The notes under the pieces were generated by a model. It did no database searches, was not told where the DNA came from, and was given only the letters and a program-made list of their open reading frames with translations. Shown one piece after another: positions 45,861-57,500 of a DNA stretch of 64,000 bases; positions within the stretch are counted from its first letter, which is position 1; each line of letters begins with the position of its first letter. Source of the stretch: Macrostomum lignano (lineage: Eukaryota); the NCBI GenBank assembly GCA_002269645.1, contig NIVC01000212.1:310001-374000 (forward strand), written 5' to 3'. A program made the translations under genes and the position numbers.

Positions 45861-47096
45861 CTAGAAAGCAACAAACAAACAGCGAAACAGATTTTGCTGC
45901 TTCTGTCTTTGCTGCTCCTGTTGCTGCTTCTGTCTTTGCTGCTCTTGCAATCGCTTTTGATGTTCCAGCAACTCTTGCTGTCTCTGCTGCTCCTGCAACT
46001 CTTGCTGTCTCTGCTGCTCCTGCAACTGTTGCTGTTTCTGCTGCTCCAGCAACTGTTGCTGTCTCTGCTGCTCCTGCAACTCTTGCTGTCTCTGCTGCTC
46101 CTGCAACATCTGCTTTAGCTGCTGCTCCTGCAAAATCTGCTTTCGCTGCTGCTCCTGCAACATCTGCATTTGCCGCTGCTCATGCAACATCTGCATTTGC
46201 CGCTGCTCCTGCAACATCTGCATTTGCCGCTGCTCCTGCAAATTCTCCTTGCGCTGCTGCTCCAGCAACTTCTGTTTCTTAAGAGCTTCGGCAGCATAAT
46301 TTTTGGCTGGCACATAATGCAGGTGAAAGTTTCCTTGTCCTCTCGTGTACAGACAAATTCTTTTGCCAGTAAATGTTCTTCTAAATCCGTACTCCTCCAG
46401 TTTCTGCACTTGTCTGATCTCAATATCCATTACAAGAATGTATCCCGCAATGCTCAGCAACTGAGGCAGCTTCACGCCAACTAGACTCAAATTCCTACCA
46501 GCGTCGACAAAACTCAGACTGATGATGTCGAATGGTTGAGCCGTTAGCTTTCGGTCAAGCACAAAGACCTCCATGGGCATTTTATTGAACTCCCGTCTCG
46601 ATGTGTTGAAACACCAATCCGATGTGGCCTGTGCGAATTCGCCGTCAAAAGCGCTCCAGTCCCAGGGGAACGCGTCAACTCCAATGCAGCTCAGCTGCAG
46701 CAGCCTACCGCTGTGCACCTGACTAACCTCGCCTTTGTGTACAACATCTTTGATGGCTCTGACGACTCCAAGCAGGTCGCTGCCGGGACCGCAACCGAGC
46801 GACAAGATCCGGATCTCCCGAGGCTGCGGCTCGCTGCAAACTGACTGCAGAAGTTGCTTCACCTCGTCTCGTATTTGCGTCTGCACGAGCCTAGACTTGC
46901 GTATAAACTCTTTCTGTGTATATGCCTTGCGGAATTCCGGGTCGCTGTAGAATCTCAAGTCCTCTTTGTGCTTGGCATCAAGCCATTCCTGGTAAATTGG
47001 ACAGTCCATGATCTTTTGCTCTGGCTCTACTCGTAGGATTTCAGCTCTCTGCTTTGCATCTGCCTCCTTTTGATACGCAGACTTGTGTAGATGCAT
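45861..47096 (-). CDS. Single-exon methyltransferase-like protein with a Q-rich tail (411 aa), copy 2
   Basis: Paralogue of 29634-31412; residues 3-128 are identical; shorter, different repeat tail; flanks are homologous on both sides. Confidence 0.8.
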   Translation of the reverse strand: MHLHKSAYQKEADAKQRAEILRVEPEQKIMDCPIYQEWLDAKHKEDLRFYSDPEFRKAYTQKEFIRKSRLVQTQIRDEVKQLLQSVCSEPQPREIRILSLGCGPGSDLLGVVRAIKDVVHKGEVSQVHSGRLLQLSCIGVDAFPWDWSAFDGEFAQATSDWCFNTSRREFNKMPMEVFVLDRKLTAQPFDIISLSFVDAGRNLSLVGVKLPQLLSIAGYILVMDIEIRQVQKLEEYGFRRTFTGKRICLYTRGQGNFHLHYVPAKNYAAEALKKQKLLEQQRKENLQEQRQMQMLQEQRQMQMLHEQRQMQMLQEQQRKQILQEQQLKQMLQEQQRQQELQEQQRQQQLLEQQKQQQLQEQQRQQELQEQQRQQELLEHQKRLQEQQRQKQQQEQQRQKQQNLFRCLFVAF

Positions 47097-47708
47097 TTAT
47101 TTCTTGGAAATTCCAGTCAAGTCTCAGTAGTGCACACAATGTACACAATATCTACGCATTAATCTCTGTTCTCAGCCGAGTTTACAATTAGGCCCTTACA
47201 GTACCGGTAAATTGCGCCAAATTTTCAGCCAGACGTTATTTTTTTGTATCCAATAGCTCTTTAGTAGAACGCACAGGCCTACAGGTTGCAGAAGCGCAAA
47301 TTGGAGACTCTCTTTTTGACCTCTCAGAAAGTCTTATCGTATTGAAACATAGCCCACCCAATTGTCGCTTAATTTAGCCATAGTACGAGCTAGGATTGTA
47401 CAATATAGTATATGCTATAATTATACCCATACTCTAAGGGCGTAAATGGGAAATCAGAGGGTGCCATCGTGCTGGAGGAGCTGGATTAAGTGACAAAAAA
47501 TTATTAAAATCTGCGACACGGTAGAACTTTTCTCACTGGATTTTGATTTGGACTCATTTTTACGAGCATAGCATCAGCTTTGATGTCAATTTATTATAAC
47601 CAAAGCACAAGCTACAATGCTTGAGTGATTCATTGAAAATGAAAAGAACCAAACGAATCTATCAATCATTGTTTATAGGCCATTTTGTTGTCAAGCGATT
47701 GCGTTTCG

Positions 47709-50640
47709 TCAGCTGTGATGCCGGTTCTCGCCATAGTAGGTGGTCTTTTTCTGCTTAGTATAAGTCGATCCGTCCGCCGTTCTGTACTTCTCTTCGAATA
47801 TGACCACGGTGCGATCGTTCTGATACTCAGTGGAAGTGCTTGAGGAGACCAGGGTGTCCGAGGGTTTCACAGCCCCAATAGCGCCTTCGGGTGGCTCGAC
47901 GTATTCGCTCATTCGCGAACCGGCTGATCTCACAGCGGCCATTTCTGGAATTGGGATTTATTGTGTTTTTTGGGACTGGTTCAGGGGATATTTAGGGAGA
48001 CCATGTTGCCTGCAACTTCCTCTTGAGCCTTGGCATATCAGCAACTTTCATGACATATCAGCAACTCCCATGGCATATCAGCAACTCCCATGGCATATCA
48101 GCAACTCCCATGGCATCTCAGCAATTCCCATGGCATCTCAGCAACTCCCATGGTATCTCAGCAATTCCCATGGCATCTCAGCAACTCCCATGGTATCTTA
48201 GCAATTCCCATGGCATCTCAGCAATTCCCATGGCATCTCAGCAACTCTCCATTGAGTCACGGAATCTCAGGAAATCCCCATTGAGCCTTGACGTCTCAGA
48301 ACCCTCTAGTGACACTACATTTAGCTAGATGCAAGCGTTTCTAATGTATCCCGGCTGCAATGGCACTGAAAAAGTATAGGACGGAAGTTAACTCACTAGA
48401 AGGGCGCTCCAGATGCTCTTCTGAATGCTGCCGGTCCATTGTCGATGATCTGCCGACATCGTGCAAATTCGCACCCAAAGGTGGCAGAACGTTTTCTACG
48501 AAGCCTTCAATTGAATTTCCGCCAGGAAAATAGCGCCCGACAACGTAGACGCGGCCGAGACGCGAAACGGCCCGGCCGAAACCAACCATTCTTGAGGCTT
48601 TCCACACCATCTGCGTGAAGGATAGAGCGCCTGAGCCTGACAGAGGGGTTGTAGTTGGATTCCAAGTATTTACAGTTTGAATTGCTTTCTGCATATTTCA
48701 AGCTTTCATTGTCAGAACTGCAGTTGCTTTAACAATCAACAATCCGACCCTACGCCTGTGAAACTTCACAAAAGCAATCCGGCCCGCTCAAGATTTGTGT
48801 CTCTTCTCATCTCCTCTCTCTTATACTCCCCTCTTCTGTTTCCTCTCATCTCTTCTCTCCTTTCTCCTCCCATTTCTCCTCTCTCCTCTCCTCTCTTCTC
48901 TCTCCTGTCCTCTCTTATCTCTCCTCTTATCTCTCCTCTTATCACTTTTCTTATCTCTCCTCTCCTCTCGTCTCCAGCCCTTGAGGTAAAAATGCCGGTC
49001 CAACGACCCCTGAAGTAAATGAAAACTTAAGCCAACTTGAACGATCAGTTGAAAGTTTTAAGCGTACAATTTAATTCACGTAAGATAAGATCCTAATTTT
49101 CACCCGACTATACCACTGGGACTGAGTGTCTTTAGTGACATGTATATCTAGACAGAATAGGACTTACGATGGTTTACCACTCTTTGGGGGTATAACAGTG
49201 CGACTAGAAAGGATATATGGTTTACAGTTAGTTTGCAACATGGCAACATCAAGACTACAGTCAATCGGCAGCCAGAGAGGAGGCAAGTGCAGTCATGACT
49301 ATACTGTGCACAATGCACACTGATACGTACGCAGGTACATGCTCTAAGACCATCGTCCGACATTTACACTCTCACATTCTCTGTGCCTATGGGTTGGCCT
49401 CGAATCAGCAATCGAACCCGAGGGATTTTAATAAATGAAATGGTCTATTAAAGTTACCTCGATGCAGCCTGGGTGCATTTTCGCCAAAATCGTAGTCCGC
49501 AATGCCCGAGTACCAGTAGTCCGTAAACTGTGCGCCTTTTGTGAGAAAGTTTTGAAATTTTTTCATTTGTTTGTTCGAAATATTTAAAAAAAAATAATAA
49601 TAGAAAATGACTACAGAAGAAACTGAGCGTACATATAAGAGTTTCGTGAAGTAGCATGTCCATTATAAGGTAATTAGGACGAGTAAAAGACTATGCAAAG
49701 GCCTGCTCTAGGTAAGCGTTTTTTTAAATAGGAATAGATTATTATTGATGTCAATAAATAATGAATGTGGTCGACATTCTCGACGTCTGTCAATGTCGCT
49801 GACAATTATGTACTTTTACAGTACATCGACGGATAACGAAAGTCATCCGTCCGACGTCGGCTAAACGTCGGTGTAATATGAAAGGACATATTTGTCAGCG
49901 ACGTCGATAACGTTAACCGACGTGTACGGTACAGCAGTGCGATGTGGGTGACGTCGGCGACGTTTTCGACGTCTATCGACTAAAATATGTACTTTTGCAT
50001 TGCACCGACGTCTAGCCGATGAATGATTTAATGTAAAACTAAAAGTAAATATTTGTCAGCTACGTTGATAGGCGTCAAAAATGTCGGCTGACGTCGCTGA
50101 CGTCGAACAGATGTACGGAGAAGTCTCTATTTTTTACTTGCCTAATTAGCGACATGTAAGGTGATAGATTTCCTTAGACACTTTAACGTAAAATTTTCAA
50201 ATACGCTCACCAGAAAAATCTGTCCTCTCCGAATTAAACTTCATAGCCAAATTTTCGCCAATGTGCGCATTCTTGACGTCCATATCTGGCTTCAGCTGGT
50301 CTTGGCTAGCGATCGTCTCAGCCCAGTGTTGAGCTCCCTCCGTCAGGCTTCTGTCAAGCTTCAACGGTGGCGCCTGGTGCATAGCCCGATATTTGTTGTG
50401 CGCCAGCAGCATTTCGTGAACGAAGTGCTCCAGTACGACTGGATGGTGGCCAACATTCTGCTGATGGTGCTGCATCTGTCTTGAGCTGGTCCGAGCGCCA
50501 CTGTGCATTACATACGAGGAGTGCTGCCTCCCGCCGCCGCCACCGCTGTTCGGCGAATTTTGTGGCGTCCTCGACTGCCGCGGCGAGTTTTCCTCGTCGC
50601 TCTCCCACGGCCAGCGGATGTCGTCGCTGGAAGATGGCAT
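47709..50640 (-). CDS. CAP/SCP (GAPR-1/GLIPR2-like) domain protein, three exons
   Basis: Exons 50640-50211, 48684-48397 and 47944-47709, with GTGAG donors and phase-1 junctions. Motifs LLAHNKYRAMHQAPPLKLD, GENLA, FTQMVWKAS and YVVGRYFPGGN. The exon-2 acceptor is tentative. Confidence 0.82.
48040..48245. repeat. 20-bp intronic minisatellite (GCAACTCCCATGGCATATCA)n
   Basis: Tandem units in intron 2 of the CAP gene. Confidence 0.9.
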
Positions 50641-51149
50641 TCTATTGTATCGCTTTGGATTGGCTTAGTTAGACCAGGGAATCCGAAGGCTTTTTTATGC
50701 TTTTTACCGTCTTACCAGATTCGATAGATCAACTAAAGTAAGGAAGTTTATAACATAGACATATTTACTATTTACTCTATAAATATATACTCTGCTGCGT
50801 AGACAGCATGGCTTAGAACTCTACGCCAATATCTTCATTTAGAGCCAAATAGCTCCCGTTATGCCTAAAATCGATCACTTTGGCATTTGGGGATCTCTAT
50901 GGGGAGAAATGGGATAAATGGGGATTTCATGTGAACCTAAGGCTCCAGAAAGTTCACATCCTCTATTGTAATTTATTTGCTGCCTGAAACTGAGCGTGTA
51001 TATTTGAGAAAACAACAACCAGCACTGAGCCGGTTACGCCCGTTCCGCCGATTCCTAAGCACATACTAGTACAGGCGCGCCAATGCTGTATGCAGGCACG
51101 CACTCACACACACGCTCACACAGGGTGTACAGCGGCCCTGATTGACTTT

Positions 51150-51327
51150 CTAAGCGTCAGGAGGTACACTCTCCGTGCCTTGGGGAGTTGGTACTCAAGG
51201 GTCTGAATTGTACGACAAACCCCGGCCAATTATCTTGTACGAACCCCAAACTAATGTAGCTGCGCAGGGGATCGAACCAAGTGGCACAACAACTGTACGC
51301 GTTTATACCACTGAGCTGCTCCGCCCC
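51150..51327 (-). mobile_element. tRNA-derived SINE-like element
   Basis: On minus, A-box AGCTCAGTGGTA and B-box GGTTCGATCCC with tRNA-like spacing; no complete cloverleaf. Confidence 0.6.
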
Positions 51328-51718
51328 ACAGTCAACTATCGAAACGGTGCGGTGCATAAGTGAGATTTCTTAACGTCTGCGAAATTGAGTCCTTTCATAA
51401 CACACCGTATGGTTCGTAGCCAGCAACTAAATATACGACACGGTTAAAGACATTTGATTATAGTGCATTTTCAGCCACGGAGAAGCCCTAAAAAACGAGG
51501 GAAACAAGTACAGGTGCCATTTGCCCTACTCACAGTAGCAAGAATGGCACAGTTTGATCATATATTTGCCTTAGAAGCTAACCGATCATATATTTAAAAA
51601 AACTGGAGGCTTGAGTTTTACCGATTGACAACTAACTGCAGCTACCAAACTTATTGCGTTGTTATTGTTGGACAAGTCAATATTATTCCTGTAGCACAGA
51701 CAGTTCCACTAAAATTTC

Positions 51719-52273
51719 AAGCAACAGTGACGAGCATGTAGTCTGCTGGATTTACGAAGTCCTTCCACTTACCAATCTAAAGGCGGAACAGAATTTTTGG
51801 CAGATCCGTGCGATTAGCCCCTGTCTGAGCCCACACACATTCATCGGATCGCACGAAAATCACCATGACGCCAGCATCTTTATTGCAGCCACTATATGCC
51901 ATATTGATGAAGAAGTGTCGTTTTGGCCCGTTCGGTTCACCACCATAATGTCCAACCACAGAAAAGTAGTTGTAGGTCCTGGACGCCAGATCCAAGTCCG
52001 GCTCGCTGCCGACTAGCCTGTCCTTGCTGAACCAGTTCGTCGCATTCAGTCCTGAGAATGTGACGTCGAACGAGATCTTCAACCCCGTGACGCCATTTTT
52101 AAGCAGCTCGACTTGCCGGGACACGAGTCTCACGAGATCCGGAAGTCGGTCGAGCCAACACGATCGCCAGAAGTTGAGCAGAGGCAGCGTCTTGAATGTA
52201 TTCGACTGTTCCTGTGACTCGACTGCTGATGGCATTCGGACCATGATAAGAATGATGCTTATGAAAAGACATT
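51719..52273 (-). pseudogene. Disrupted, shortened paralogue of the 53629-54561 secreted protein
   Basis: C-terminal domain is near-identical (FWRSCWLDRLPDLVRLVS..ADYMLVTVA). One-base frameshift in the signal-peptide region, TAG at 51777, and the N-terminal Cys domain is missing. Confidence 0.75.
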
Positions 52274-53628
52274 CTTTCTATAAGTCTTGGCTGTGAAAGT
52301 TGGAAAGCAACAGGTTTTTTAGTCACTATCATCACTTTTTAAATCGCATCATTATATGTAAATCATGTCTATCGATGCATTGATTCGGCTTAGGCACTCA
52401 CCAGAGAATCGTAATTTTAAGCTGCTAAGGAAATTGCTTTGGGTGAGACTTAGGGGAACAGACCTTGGATTAGGTAAACGGATTCCATGATAATATAAAG
52501 GTGAGAATAATTGACAGCTAAGGTGAAGAAACAATACCAACGTGCGATTGACACCCGGTCGATCCCATCGAATGATAGGGAAGAACGGTTGAACTTTCAC
52601 TATCTGTTAAAAAGCAGTTGGAAATTGCGTCTGAATTAAGACACAATGCGTTGGAATGACTATATGTCTTTATATCGATTCACGACCTATTGGATTGGCG
52701 TAGAAAAAAACAAAGGAAGATTGGAAAAAGAGGTTTAAGTCAGTGCTGGGAATAAAGATAATGATAAGCTTTCAGACTGTTTTTTTTGGAAAATTCAGGC
52801 CTCAGACTGCATGCGTGCTAGCAAGATTCATGGAATAAATTTTCCTTAAGAATCGACGTTAGCAACAGTCCGATGAGGCTTCAGATTAAAGTTGTACAAT
52901 AGTTTTGCTCCAAAAGAAGTTGAAAGTCCTCTTTAAGCGTTTAGTTTGGACTTCACAAGCATAGAAAATAGAATTACATGTACGAGAGCTAAAATACGTC
53001 TAACGTGCTGTATGACCTTCAACACTAGCAGATGTTGAAGTCAACGGCAAATGCGCTGAACATTCAAATGGCTTTGTACTAGCTCATTGGACTGTTGGTG
53101 GTCCACTTTGATAACGACCCATCACAATTTAGTATGCGATAGATTTAAAAAGATGCCCATCAGATAACTGTTTGCAGTGACGATATATATGCTAAAAGTT
53201 TTTTCTACACGTGAGAAGTGAGGAATTGCCTAAAAGCTAATGCAAGTGCTAAACACTTGATCGGCTAAAGTTTCTGTCAGTAAAGTAAAATATCAAACCA
53301 TATCTAAAAGCGCTTAATTGCAGTCTGGCAGATTATTAATCTACAGTCGAAACGGGGTTTTTTACAGACAAGATAGTCGGTCGGGTGCTAAAATACTCGT
53401 ACATTCAGGCATTTAAACACGTTGACTTTCTCTAAACTTTCGGGCCTGATGTGGCTGAGTAGCTAAAAGCCATTAGCGCGTCCTGACCAACTGCCGTTGC
53501 TAGGGTGTAAATTTAAATGATGGGGATCTTGTTAAATATTGCAAAATTCCTATCGAGATTTTCAGATAAGCTACATGATTCGGTTTTGATTCACTTAACA
53601 AAAACGCAACTTTCTGCTGCAGCTCAGG

Positions 53629-54561
53629 ATGCAGTTAAGCCTTTTATCCTACCTGTCATTAATGGCTCTCTTTGCCTCGGTAGAATCCAGCGCCTTCGAG
53701 TCGGACAGGCAGTCGGAGTACTTTAGACAGATGTGGCTACCCGGTGTTGCGACCAGTTGCCGCAGGCTGTTAAATATTCAAACGAAGTATCCAGCCAACT
53801 GCCTGTTGCTTTGGATGCAGCTGAAGCGGGAGGGTGCTGACCCTCACTTCATTCACTTCACCCCTTCGGCTGAAACTGCAGGCTGCGAGATCTCCACCTG
53901 GTGCGACCAACTGCTTCTGAACGAGTCGGAGCCGCGCACTGCACTGCTGCCGACGTCTCAAAGCCAGCCGAGACTCGTGGTGTTTGCGGTCAAGTCCTAT
54001 AGCAAAGTCAACGTCCTGGACTCGTATCTGTCGCCCGTCAACTGCAACCGGTCTCTTTTGCTGTCGCCGCTTGTCGGACCGCCTCCGCTCGACTTCTGGC
54101 GATCGTGTTGGCTCGACCGACTTCCGGATCTCGTGAGACTCGTGTCCGGCAAGACGATCTCGGTCGAGCTGCTCAAGAACGGCTTCACGGTGTTGAAGAT
54201 CTCGTTCGACGCCACGTTCTCAGGACTGAATGCGACGAACTGGTTCAGCAAGGACAGGCTGGTCGGCAGCGAGCCGGACTTGGATCTGGCGTCCAGGACC
54301 TACAACTACTTTTCTGTGGTTGGACATTATAGTGGTGAAGCAAGCGGGCCAAAAAGGCCCTTTTTCATCAATATGGCATATGTTGGCTGCGATGTGGATT
54401 TTGGAGTCATGGTTATTGTCGAGCAGTCGAATGACGTCTGTGCGTGGGCCCAGACAGGTGGCAGCCGCACGGATCTGCCAAAAATTTTGTACAACCTTCA
54501 GGTTGGAAATTGGAAAGACTTTGTAAATTCAGCGGACTACATGCTCGTCACTGTCGCTTAA
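53629..54561 (+). CDS. Single-exon secreted protein, 310 aa (signal peptide, Cys-containing PAN-like N-domain, uncharacterised C-domain)
   Basis: ATG-initiated ORF with a hydrophobic signal peptide and a paralogue nearby; domain names are tentative. Confidence 0.78.
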   Translation: MQLSLLSYLSLMALFASVESSAFESDRQSEYFRQMWLPGVATSCRRLLNIQTKYPANCLLLWMQLKREGADPHFIHFTPSAETAGCEISTWCDQLLLNESEPRTALLPTSQSQPRLVVFAVKSYSKVNVLDSYLSPVNCNRSLLLSPLVGPPPLDFWRSCWLDRLPDLVRLVSGKTISVELLKNGFTVLKISFDATFSGLNATNWFSKDRLVGSEPDLDLASRTYNYFSVVGHYSGEASGPKRPFFINMAYVGCDVDFGVMVIVEQSNDVCAWAQTGGSRTDLPKILYNLQVGNWKDFVNSADYMLVTVA

Positions 54562-57500
54562 ATTCTGTTTGAAAATCTAATCTGGAACTTTTGGTCTGAA
54601 TTGAGGATGAAAAACAAAGCCATGATGTGAGAGTGTCTGTCGACGTTTCAAAGGATTTAATGTCAGAATTTGTATAATTACGACCGAACATTTTACCTGC
54701 AAACAAATTTCTATCATTGAGCTAAAGCAGTTTGATATATACTCAACAACTTAAGTCGCCACCTTTGAGAGTGCGCAGTAAATTCCATCTCAGTATTGAC
54801 TTTTGAGAGACGCAACTTGCGCCACACGACGCAGAGTTGGGCTGGGTGAGGAGGGATCGGGAAGAGCGGGCGGAGGGCGAAGACTGGATGCATTGAAGCT
54901 TCCGCCCGGTTCGCATTGTTTTTTCAAACGTTTTTAAAAATCAAAATGGTTGGCCAGGTGACAGACGCTGCCAGGTGACAGTGTCGAAAGACACTTTTCA
55001 ATGTCTTCAATGGCGACTTTTCAATGTTGCTGAGTATATATCAAGAAAATATACAGTACATGTATGATTAATATTTTCTAGACGATTGTAGGATACGCTC
55101 GTGTTGGGCCTGGTGCGTGGGGTTGGGCGTGCGCTTTTACTCTGTGTATCGTTTCTGGTTTTAACTCTGTGCGTGTGCCCTTTGTCTGGGCTCACGCTCT
55201 TTGCACGTCTTTGCTCTATCGTGACTTTAATGTACACTGTTGGTGTTTAGTCCTTGGGTACGTTGGGGGTTTCTATGAACTTCACTTATAATAAAATCGT
55301 ATCGGTTGTTTGTCAGTGCACTTGGCACTTTTGTCTCGCCTCGCAAACTCTTTGTTCTAGACTTGCTCTCCATGATCCATGAGATATCCATGATCAGAAC
55401 CTGCATTCGCAACCACCTGCATTACGTTTCTCATCGTAACCTAAGGCACGTCAATAGTGTGTACATGGCAAGCCAAATTGGCCATTAATTATTTCAGCTT
55501 AGGCAAAAATAATGAAGAAAAGGCTATATAGACAACAAGTTTATTAAACAACAAATGAGTGGAATAAGAAGTGAAACTGTGCAGGGCCGGGCAGTAGTAG
55601 TATGTCAAAGTTAGTATAGTATACATGTATTTGATATACAATATGTATACAGTGTAGTAGTTTAACCGTAAAAAATCAATGGTGGAATTCTTATTGTAGC
55701 TCTTGAAGTTCTTAAAAAGTAAAATCTTGATTTAACCTAACAGTTTGGCATCATTCAGCTCAAAATCTGCAGTGAAAGAGTTTAAGTCACGATTTGGCAT
55801 AACTGACCGAAGAAAAAACTCAGCATGGTGATTCACGTGATCCGGAGACATTTCTTTGACAATCTTAAATTTCAGTTTACAGGCTTGTTAATATATAATC
55901 GATCAAAGCGGGGGCGGCAAATTGTAGCCGCAATCAGAATTAAAGCTGGAGACTAAATAAAGTTTTGGAATTGAATTCTTTAATAGCTACAAAATGGAGA
56001 TGGCATCTGTTCAGAAGAAAACTAAACGAATTTGGGCTAATGTGACTTTTGACAGCATTGGCAGCATGCACTGATCGATATACATTGTATAAGATATTAA
56101 GATAATTGTCACTGTTGAAGTAAATTCAATTTGTGTGGATAATCAAGGGTGACTAATTTGCATTGGTTTAAAGCACCACATACATTGTATTGCTCAAGGA
56201 CCACTGTCCTTGGTATTGCTCTTGGGCATACTGTTGCCTGCAATTCCTTGTTGTAAGCCCGGTTCTGTTCTGGTTATTCGACTCGTCGCGGTTATGCTGC
56301 AAAAAGATTGGCCCCTTGTGCCCTGAGCTCTCAGGTTCCGCTTTCAATTTTTGTTTCCAACGCCATAGATAAAAAATTAATGCTAGTCATTGATTGTAAT
56401 TTCAACTTCATGTGGAATTGGAAATTTGTCTGCGGTTTGGCTTTACGAACGAAAGTAAAACAAACATTAAATAATAAGAATTCAAAGTATTTACTGCAAT
56501 GAATAAACTAAGTACGTCCATCTAATGGTTCTGCAAGTCCTTAATGTTTAAGAGCAACTTGTACTTCGTTTAATACAATAGTTTAAATGTGCAGCATCGC
56601 ACTCGTTTAACTTTGGCAGAATGAAATATTTTTCTGAGATTAACAGCTGACCCGAGTCACTTTGCATGGGGACGGACGGGACGCACAGCTTTGTCAGCTT
56701 ACCTTTATTATATATCAAACATGAGTTAATGGAAAATCTTGAGTTAAGCTATTGTATACTATCTCATCTTTTATAATTTGTGGTTCCACCACTGTATATA
56801 CGGCCTACAACTACAAGTCAATAACTCATTTCTTCTCAATATATCACAAGCATTTTAACTTGTGGCAGTGCAATGCAAAATGGTACACCACCATGCATGT
56901 GATAAATAGGAAAGTGGATCCGGTTGTATTTTGCACCCTTGAACCAAAATTTTTATACACGAAAATTCATGTGTGTTTTTACATGCATATTGGATATTGC
57001 CTATAGCCTATTTGGTATATAGTTTTTTAATTTGATATAGTTAAATATAGCCTAAAGACAAAGTGCATATTTGCTATTTACAAAATATACATTGTATACG
57101 TCTATAATTCTAGTACCAGAACCAGTACCAAAAATAAAATACAAAATACAAGTAAAAAACAAAAAATAACCAAGAAAAATGTCTGCAATAGTACAAAATA
57201 AACTCTAGAGCAATTATTATAAGCAATACCACTGGTTTAACATATTTCGTTTAAGCGAATTCTACATACATAATAACTTTATATAGGCAAAATATGAGAC
57301 TCAATGTAATGTCTATTTAAAAACTAAAACACCATATCATGAAACATTCTAGCTAATCAAAACTTAGAACAAACATAAATAAAACCAAAAAAATGTGTTA
57401 GTGTCAATAATAATAATAACAACAAAATATATGACCCCACCCCTACTATGCAAAGTCACAATTAGAATATTATAATGCAATTTTTAAATGCAATTATGTA

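Noticed and set aside
51040-51140. Inverted similarity with 59090-59170 as the ends of an 8-kb element
   Set aside because: Short and diverged with no TSD; more simply two copies of a dispersed repeat.
51260-51327. Functional tRNA gene
   Set aside because: A and B boxes are present, but I could not build acceptor or anticodon stems; treated as a SINE head.
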